Source of the DNA: Candidatus Gottesmanbacteria bacterium
GTDB taxonomy: Bacteria > Patescibacteriota > Microgenomatia > 2-02-FULL-39-11
DNA length: 64,000 nucleotides
Reading direction: 5' to 3'
Assembly (NCBI GenBank): GCA_016186795.1
Contig: JACPKY010000002.1
Coordinates: 604,771-668,770 of the forward strand
The notes beneath the pieces are model-generated. The model was not told where the DNA came from. It was given only the letters and a program-made list of their open reading frames with translations, and searched no databases. This document shows, piece by piece, positions 57,989 through 64,000 of this stretch (positions are counted from its first letter, which is position 1; each line of letters opens with the position of its first letter). The translations under genes were made by a program, and so were the position numbers.

Positions 57989-58486
57989 TTACTCTTTATT
58001 GTATGCTTTTCGTTTAAGAGAGTCAATGATCTTCAAAATAACATCCCAATCAAATCCTCGACGGAGTAACATCCCAGATACTTTCTGTTTTACTTTCTGC
58101 ATAGGTAGTTTAGAAAAAAGGTGAAGTTTCGGCTGAATAACTTTCCAAGCTAAATCCTCATCACCTTTTCCAGAATCTTTATTTGAAAGAACGAAATGGA
58201 TGGTATCAGTATCTATTCCTTTCTCCTTCAACTCAAATGTGATAAGTCGATCCCCCTTTGGATTTGCGCCACGTCGCTGTTCTACCCACCAAGAAGCAAA
58301 CTCACGATCGTTGATGAAATTATGTTCTCTGAAATATGAAACTGCTGCAAGGACAAAGGCTTGAGGAATTCCTTTTTTAATTGCGAATTGACTGAGTTTC
58401 CCTTTTAACTCTTTTTCGGATCGCGGACGGAAGGATAGAAGTTTGAATCCATAATCCTTCAATTGTTGAAATTTGGTGGAATCCAT
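57989..58486 (-). CDS. recX: RecX regulator
   Basis: LLS.RPRS..EL, IND..FA, L.RRGF; downstream of recA. Confidence 0.85.
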   Translation of the reverse strand: MDSTKFQQLKDYGFKLLSFRPRSEKELKGKLSQFAIKKGIPQAFVLAAVSYFREHNFINDREFASWWVEQRRGANPKGDRLITFELKEKGIDTDTIHFVLSNKDSGKGDEDLAWKVIQPKLHLFSKLPMQKVKQKVSGMLLRRGFDWDVILKIIDSLKRKAYNKE

Positions 58487-59517
58487 TAATCGTTTTCTTT
58501 TCCGACTACTTTTTCTTTCATTGGACCAGCTTTGTAGATTTTCCAGATAGCATCCAAAATCTCCTTTGCTACTTTATTGCTCTCGGCTAAATACATTCTT
58601 GCTGCTTCTCTTCCTTGGCCTAATATTTGTGAACCAAAACGTATAAATGCACCACTTTTCGTCAAAACGCTAAATTCCAATCCAACATCAATGATCCCCC
58701 CTTCACGGGATATTCCTGATTCCAGCACATCGAACTCGGCAATCCTAAATGGAGGAGAAACTTTGTTTTTTACTATTCGAACTCTATGTCTACTCCCAAC
58801 AATTTTATCTCCATCTTTGAGGGTTTCAATTTTCCTCGTATCCATACGTATTGATGAATAAAATTTCAACGCCAGTCCTCCTGGAGTTGTTTCTGGGTTG
58901 CCAAACATAATACCAATCTTTTGCCGAAGTTGGTTTGTAAATATCGCAACCGTCCTTGACTTCGAGATGGCTCCTGTCAATTTTCGAAGAGCCTGAGACA
59001 TAAGACGGGCTTGGACCCCGACCATGGAATCTCCCATTTCTCCCTCAATTTCAGCCCTGGGAACCAATGCTGCCACTGAATCAATGACAAGAACGTCCAC
59101 TCCCCCTGATCGAATAAGAGTTTCTGCAATTTCCAACGCTTGCTCTCCGGTATCCGGCTGAGATACCAAAAGATCATCAAGCTTCACCCCAAGTTTTTCC
59201 GCCCAAATTGGGTCAAGAGCATGTTCTGCATCAATAAATGCGGCAACTCCTCCTGCTTTTTGGGTTTCGGCAATAATTGAAAGCGCAACAGTTGTTTTTC
59301 CTGATGCTTCCGGACCAAAGATTTCAATAATTCTCCCGCGAGGTACGCCTCCGATACCTAAGGCAATATCAAGGGCAAGTGAACCTGTCGGAATCACATC
59401 AAGACCAGACTTCGTATTTGCTTGATCACCCAATTTCATGATTGATCCCTTCCCGTATTGCTTTTCTATCTGTTCCATGGCAAGCCGTACTGCTTGCAGT
59501 TTGGGATTTACTGTCAT
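58486..59517 (-). CDS. recA: Recombinase RecA
   Basis: [28 protein letters not shown]; start at MTVN after SD AAAGGAG. Confidence 0.97.
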   Translation of the reverse strand: MTVNPKLQAVRLAMEQIEKQYGKGSIMKLGDQANTKSGLDVIPTGSLALDIALGIGGVPRGRIIEIFGPEASGKTTVALSIIAETQKAGGVAAFIDAEHALDPIWAEKLGVKLDDLLVSQPDTGEQALEIAETLIRSGGVDVLVIDSVAALVPRAEIEGEMGDSMVGVQARLMSQALRKLTGAISKSRTVAIFTNQLRQKIGIMFGNPETTPGGLALKFYSSIRMDTRKIETLKDGDKIVGSRHRVRIVKNKVSPPFRIAEFDVLESGISREGGIIDVGLEFSVLTKSGAFIRFGSQILGQGREAARMYLAESNKVAKEILDAIWKIYKAGPMKEKVVGKEND

Positions 59518-59609
59518 AAAAACTCCTTTCGTGAGGCAGGAATTGGTTACCATTTTGTCACACCCTATGATAAAATACAAGGGTTTTATCCTTTAGAATA
59601 ATCACAAAA

Positions 59610-59686
59610 CGGGGATTGGCGCAGTTGGCTAGCGCACACGCATGGGGTGCGTGGGGTCGGCAGTTCAAGTCTGCCATCCCCGACCA
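59610..59686 (+). tRNA. tRNA-Pro(GGG), CCA encoded
   Basis: Acceptor CGGGGAT/ATCCCCG, anticodon arm CACGC-ATGGGGT-GCGTG, T arm GGCAG-TTCAAGT-CTGCC. Confidence 0.93.
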
Positions 59687-59754
59687 AAAGAGAAAAAGAG
59701 TCCGTCGAGTTGGAGACCCTCCGTGCGCCGCAAAGTCCTTTTAGAGAAGAAAAC

Positions 59755-60246
59755 TTATCTTTTGGGGGATTGTTTTCTGGCGCGAGCTTTTTGAGCAAAT
59801 CCTGCTTTTCTTCTCTCCTTTGCCCGAGAATCCCGAGTTAGGAAACCTGCTTTTTTCAGAGTGGGTCGGTGTTTTTCTTTATCGAGCTTTTCCAATGCAC
59901 GAGAAACTCCAAGTCGAAATGCACCAACCTGTCCAGAAAGTCCACCGCCAGAAATGATTGCTGAAACTGCAAATCGTCCTTCTGTTCCAGTTATCTGGAA
60001 TGGTTCAAGATACATTTTTTTGTATACATCGCCAGGGAAATATTTTCCAACTGGTGTACTATTAACAACAACTTCCCCTTTTTTGATTACAACTCCTTTG
60101 ATATGCGTTTCTTCAGAAGCAACATAGAGTCTGACTCGGGCAATAGCTTCTTTTCGTCTCCCAATTGCCTCATAGTACGAATGTTCCCCATGCTTTTTTG
60201 TATCTTTTTCTGTTGGTATTTCTACTTTTGTTGATTTTTTTGGCAT
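59755..60246 (-). CDS. rpsI: 30S ribosomal protein S9
   Basis: GRRKEAIARV, GGG.SGQ, LTRD.R.KER. Confidence 0.96.
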   Translation of the reverse strand: MPKKSTKVEIPTEKDTKKHGEHSYYEAIGRRKEAIARVRLYVASEETHIKGVVIKKGEVVVNSTPVGKYFPGDVYKKMYLEPFQITGTEGRFAVSAIISGGGLSGQVGAFRLGVSRALEKLDKEKHRPTLKKAGFLTRDSRAKERRKAGFAQKARARKQSPKR

Positions 60247-60276
60247 ACACTATTTTAAAATCTCCAATTTATACTA

Positions 60277-60696
60277 TTACGATTGGAATTTTGCTCCATA
60301 TGGATGATGAACGTCTGCGTAAATATATAATCGTTTCAACATTTCACTCCGTAATTTATTTTTAGGAAGCATCCCAGATACAGCTTCACGAACAATCCTT
60401 GTTGGATTCTCTTGCTTCAGTTGTTGAAACGTCTTCACTTTCCTTCCCCCGGGGAATCCTGAATATTTTTCGTACGTTTTGTTCGATGCTTTCTTTCCAG
60501 TCACTTCAATTTTTTGTGCGTTTATAACAACCACATAATCCCCACAATCGAGGTTTGGGACATAATAGGGTTTCTCTTTCCCTATAAGAATGACGGCAAT
60601 ATTTCCGGCAATTCTTCCTAGTATTTTCCCATTAACATCAACCAGATGCCAACTTCTTTGGATATCTGATGCCAGAGTGGGTTTGGTATACTTCAT
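60277..60696 (-). CDS. rplM: 50S ribosomal protein L13
   Basis: W.LVD...LGR, DCGDYVVVINA, GMLPKN. Confidence 0.96.
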   Translation of the reverse strand: MKYTKPTLASDIQRSWHLVDVNGKILGRIAGNIAVILIGKEKPYYVPNLDCGDYVVVINAQKIEVTGKKASNKTYEKYSGFPGGRKVKTFQQLKQENPTRIVREAVSGMLPKNKLRSEMLKRLYIYADVHHPYGAKFQS

Positions 60697-61148
60697 GCTT
60701 TTTTCTTCCTTTCTGGTCTTTTGGCTTTTCCCTCTGATTTCTTTGAAGGAGGCGTTTTTGATACGGTTTTCTTGGGTTGAGCTTTCTCCGCCAGAGCTTT
60801 ACTCCACTCAAGAATCACTTCCTCACTGCTATCACCTCGTCGCATGCCTGTCCTTCTTATCCGAACATATCCCCCGATTGTATCTTTAAAGATTGGAGCG
60901 ATTTTGTTTATAAGCGTTTCAACAGCATCTTTTTTTGCTAAAAATGCATACAACTGATGCCGAGCATTTTCGGATCCATCTTTGGCTTTGGTAACTAATT
61001 TATCAATAAGTCCATGAACAGCTTTTGCTTTTGCAACCGTCGTTTTGATCTTCCCGAATTGAATCAGTGATAGAATTAGGCTCTTAAATAAAGCTTTCCG
61101 CTCTTTACTATTTCTATTTAATTTTCTTCCAAAAACGTGATGCCGCAT
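60693..61148 (-). CDS. rplQ: 50S ribosomal protein L17
   Basis: MRH...GRKL.R, IKTT..KAK, GGY.RI. Confidence 0.96.
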   Translation of the reverse strand: MRHHVFGRKLNRNSKERKALFKSLILSLIQFGKIKTTVAKAKAVHGLIDKLVTKAKDGSENARHQLYAFLAKKDAVETLINKIAPIFKDTIGGYVRIRRTGMRRGDSSEEVILEWSKALAEKAQPKKTVSKTPPSKKSEGKAKRPERKKKA

Positions 61149-61152
61149 GTCT

Positions 61153-62070
61153 TTATACAGTAAATGCTATTCCTTTACTCCGTAAGGTATCCTCAATCGT
61201 TGTAATTGATTTTGCTCCTAAGTTTTTGATCTTATAAAGCTCTTTTTTCGGAGTCCCCAAAAGCTGTCCTACTGTATCAATTCCGCCATTGTGAAGAGCG
61301 TTAACGATCCGAGTTGGAAGATCAAGTTCCTCCAATGTCATTTTTAGAATTTCTTCAGAAACTGTTGGTGTCAATGCTACTCCTTCTGTTGTCTTTGCTT
61401 TTGGTTCATAGAGTTGAAGAAAGTAGGAAACAAGAATTTTTGCAGACTGCTTCACCGCATCAAAGGGAGAAATACTCCCGTCAGTCCACACTTCAAGAAC
61501 AAGTCGATCAAGATCTGTCATTCGACCTACACGCGTTGCTTCCACTTTGTAATTCACTCGTATAATTGGAGAAAATAGTGCATCAACAACAACTACCCCA
61601 ACTTCTTTCTTTCCTTCAAACGCTTCAGCTGGTCGATATCCTGTACCTGTTTCAACGGTAAGTTCCATCGAAAGTTTTGACTTATTCGAAGTAAGCTCAC
61701 CAAGATAAAGATCTTTATTCACCACCTCAAGTTCGGATGATTCTAAATCTCCTGCCTTTACTTTCTTTGATCCTTTCACCGAAAGAGAAATAATAACAGG
61801 TGATTCACTTGTTGTTCGAAAGCGGATCTTTTTGATATTCAGTAAAAGTTCAACAATATCTTCCTTCAGTCCTGGAAGAGTTGAAAATTGGTGTTTCACC
61901 CCATCGATTCGGACGCTTGTTACCGCTGCTCCAGAAAGCGATGTCAGAAGAACTCTTCTGATACTATTCCCCAGTGTATGACCATAGCCTGGATCAAGTG
62001 GTTCAATAAGAAACTTCCCGTACTCCGACGTATCAACCTCTGGTTTAATAGTAAAATTAGGCTCTCCCAT
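61153..62070 (-). CDS. rpoA: RNA polymerase alpha subunit
   Basis: IEPL..GYG.TLGN..RRVLL, DALFSPI. Confidence 0.97.
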   Translation of the reverse strand: MGEPNFTIKPEVDTSEYGKFLIEPLDPGYGHTLGNSIRRVLLTSLSGAAVTSVRIDGVKHQFSTLPGLKEDIVELLLNIKKIRFRTTSESPVIISLSVKGSKKVKAGDLESSELEVVNKDLYLGELTSNKSKLSMELTVETGTGYRPAEAFEGKKEVGVVVVDALFSPIIRVNYKVEATRVGRMTDLDRLVLEVWTDGSISPFDAVKQSAKILVSYFLQLYEPKAKTTEGVALTPTVSEEILKMTLEELDLPTRIVNALHNGGIDTVGQLLGTPKKELYKIKNLGAKSITTIEDTLRSKGIAFTV

Positions 62071-62080
62071 TCTATCCTCC

Positions 62081-62701
62081 TTAGCGTGAATAAAATTCTA
62101 TAATAAGTTGCTCATTGATATCATCTGTTATATCCACACGTTGAGGAAATCGTACCACTTTTCCGGCTGGGCCTTCTCTTGCTAACCACGGGGAAATATT
62201 TGGGTTTTTTTCCTCCAGAAGTTTTTTTACAACAGGAGTTTCCATAATTGTGGGACGAAGTGTTACTACCATTCCTTTTTCAACTTGAAACGAGGGGATG
62301 GTTACCTTTTTCCCATCAACAAAAACATGTCCATGTGAGACATATTGACGGGCTGAAGTCCTGGTTGGAGCAAATCCCAGTCGATAGATAACATTGTCAA
62401 GTCGTCGCTCCAAAAAACTTAACATTTGTTCCCCTGTGTTTGCTCTCTCTCGACTTGCTTGCAAAAAGTATTTTTTAAATTGGTGTTCGGCGATACCGTA
62501 TACACGCTTCACCTTTTGCTTTTCCCGAAGCTGTCTTCCGTAGTCTGACATCTTCCGTGATCCCTTCTGTCCATGCTGTCCAGGAAGTATTTTGAGACGC
62601 CGAAGAAGTGCAGCGTGGGCTGCAGACCCAACGGTCTTTAGTCCTAAATCAATACCTTCTCTTCGAGCTAATCTATTTCTGGGACCTCTATATCGTGCCA
62701 T
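62081..62701 (-). CDS. rpsD: 30S ribosomal protein S4
   Basis: QLREKQK, LERRLDNV. Confidence 0.97.
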   Translation of the reverse strand: MARYRGPRNRLARREGIDLGLKTVGSAAHAALLRRLKILPGQHGQKGSRKMSDYGRQLREKQKVKRVYGIAEHQFKKYFLQASRERANTGEQMLSFLERRLDNVIYRLGFAPTRTSARQYVSHGHVFVDGKKVTIPSFQVEKGMVVTLRPTIMETPVVKKLLEEKNPNISPWLAREGPAGKVVRFPQRVDITDDINEQLIIEFYSR

Positions 62702-62716
62702 AATATTTTCTACTAC

Positions 62717-63091
62717 TTAAATACGCCGTTTCTTTTTTGGACGTACCCCATTATGTGGCATAGGTGTGACATCCGCAATCATACTAATATTTAATCCTGC
62801 GCTTTTTAAAGCACGAAGAGAAGAATCCCTCCCTGCTCCTGGACCCTTAATATACACTTCTACACTTCGGAGACCATATGTCGAAATGACCTTCTTTGCA
62901 ACCTGATCAACCGCGGTCGTTGCAGCAAAGGGGGTAGATTTTCGTGTTCCTTTGAAACCAACATTTCCAGATGATCCCCAACCCAAGGTATTTCCTTTTT
63001 CATCAGTGAACGTAATAAGTGTATTATTAAAAGTAGCAGTTATATACACTCTCCCTTTATCAATTACTTTGGTTTGCTTCTTTTGCATCAT
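62717..63091 (-). CDS. rpsK: 30S ribosomal protein S11
   Basis: TFNNT, RKSTPFAA, PHNG.RP. Confidence 0.97.
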   Translation of the reverse strand: MMQKKQTKVIDKGRVYITATFNNTLITFTDEKGNTLGWGSSGNVGFKGTRKSTPFAATTAVDQVAKKVISTYGLRSVEVYIKGPGAGRDSSLRALKSAGLNISMIADVTPMPHNGVRPKKKRRI

Positions 63092-63096
63092 ACAGA

Positions 63097-63513
63097 TTAC
63101 TTTCCTTCTTCTTTCGTAGCAGGTTGTTCAAGTTTTGCCCGGATTTCTTTTCGAAGTGCACCGACAGTTTTTCTTTTGCCCCGTTTCGTTCGAGCATTCA
63201 CCCGTGTCCGCTGACCTCTCACAGGAAGACCTTTCATATGTCGCAGACCTCTATAGCTTGCAATCTCTTTTAACCGTTTAATGTTTTCTGTAATTTCTGT
63301 ACGGAGATCTCCTTCAACTTTCACTGATTCATCGATTACTTTCTGAATTTTTCCAACTTCTTCATCAGTCAATTCCTTCACACGCTTCGCCGGAGATAGA
63401 TGTGCCTTTTCTATGAGTTTCCCAGCATTTCTCCTCCCTATTCCATATATATAAGTAAGAGCAATATCTAAACGTTTATGGTTTGGTAAATCGATACCTG
63501 AAATTCTCGCCAT
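63097..63513 (-). CDS. rpsM: 30S ribosomal protein S13
   Basis: [13 protein letters not shown]...LPVRGQRT. Confidence 0.97.
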   Translation of the reverse strand: MARISGIDLPNHKRLDIALTYIYGIGRRNAGKLIEKAHLSPAKRVKELTDEEVGKIQKVIDESVKVEGDLRTEITENIKRLKEIASYRGLRHMKGLPVRGQRTRVNARTKRGKRKTVGALRKEIRAKLEQPATKEEGK

Positions 63514-63526
63514 TTGCTAACTCCTT

Positions 63527-63640
63527 TCACCCTTGTCGTTGTTTATGTTTCGGATTATCACAAACAATATAAAGTTTCCCTCTCCGAAGAACAACTTTAC
63601 ATTTATTACACCTTTTTTTTACTGATGCTTGTACTTTCAT
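63527..63640 (-). CDS. rpmJ: 50S ribosomal protein L36 (missing from the ORF track)
   Basis: [37 protein letters not shown]. Confidence 0.96.
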   Translation of the reverse strand: MKVQASVKKRCNKCKVVLRRGKLYIVCDNPKHKQRQG

Positions 63641-63642
63641 AC

Positions 63643-63858
63643 TTACAATCGAAAAATAATCCGACCTTTTGTCTGATCATATGGCGTTATCTCAACCCTT
63701 ACTCTATCTCCAGGCAGGATACGAATATAATTCATTCGCATCTTCCCTGATAGATGACACAATATCACTCTGTCATTAGTTAGTTTCACCCGAAACATCG
63801 TATTGGGTAAAGCCTCAACAACCTGACCGATTACCTCTTGAGTGCCTGAATGAGCCAT
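63643..63858 (-). CDS. infA: Translation initiation factor IF-1
   Basis: [13 protein letters not shown]...IRILPGD. Confidence 0.97.
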   Translation of the reverse strand: MAHSGTQEVIGQVVEALPNTMFRVKLTNDRVILCHLSGKMRMNYIRILPGDRVRVEITPYDQTKGRIIFRL

Positions 63859-63862
63859 ACTT

Positions 63863-64000
63863 TTATGTCAAAACAAGAGCACCGTGCGCGGTTTGGGCCA
63901 CGGTCGCTTCAAAAAGTCCTGCCATTTTACCATCCTTGGTGACAATTGTCCACTCATCACTTCCTTTGTAGACAACATCTGGTTTTCCCATGGTATAAAT
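63863..64000 (-). CDS. map: Methionine aminopeptidase, C-terminal fragment cut by the window edge
   Basis: [14 protein letters not shown]...G..VLT; position upstream of infA. Confidence 0.8.
   Translation of the reverse strand: MYTMGKPDVVYKGSDEWTIVTKDGKMAGLFEATVAQTAHGALVLT

Noticed and set aside
59586-59841. ORFs across tRNA-Pro
   Set aside because: Shadow frames over the tRNA and the rpsI end
1-64000. CRISPR array, rRNA, transposase or integrase, prophage, and the many short antisense ORFs
   Set aside because: No regularly spaced repeats or such genes were recognised; the antisense ORFs are shadows of well-supported genes

Overview
Bacterial chromosomal window, most consistent with a Patescibacteria/CPR (Microgenomates-like) genome. 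This is inferred from the GAD-less AspS, archaeal-type PEPC, DUF4446/DUF3048/DUF5679 genes and compact, often SD-less starts. Housekeeping genes include era, rdgB, gltX, aspS, recJ, cca, secDF, obgE, miaAB, coaBC, HU, rny, recAX, rnpB, tRNA-Pro and the S13-S11-S4-alpha-L17-L13-S9 cluster. Unexpectedly for such a lineage, the window carries regulated amino-acid biosynthesis. (i) A ppcA-aminotransferase-aspS operon sits behind a T-box riboswitch with an apparent ultrashort Stem I and an Asp (GAC) specifier. (ii) leuACDB sits behind a textbook Leu leader-peptide attenuator. (iii) An ilvB-ilvN-X-ridA-ilvE-ilvC-ilvD operon sits behind an Ile/Leu/Val attenuator. Gene X is a threonine-synthase-family PLP enzyme with degenerate phosphate-binding motifs fused to a LeuA/CimA-type allosteric domain, a candidate new feedback-regulated IlvA substitute. 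Also seen: a ~355-bp foldback element upstream of era, mini-palindromes inserted in structured RNAs and in leuD, and a hicAB/HEPN accessory patch with duplicated gene-end remnants. No CRISPR array, rRNA or transposase was seen. All structures were folded by eye and no database searches were run.
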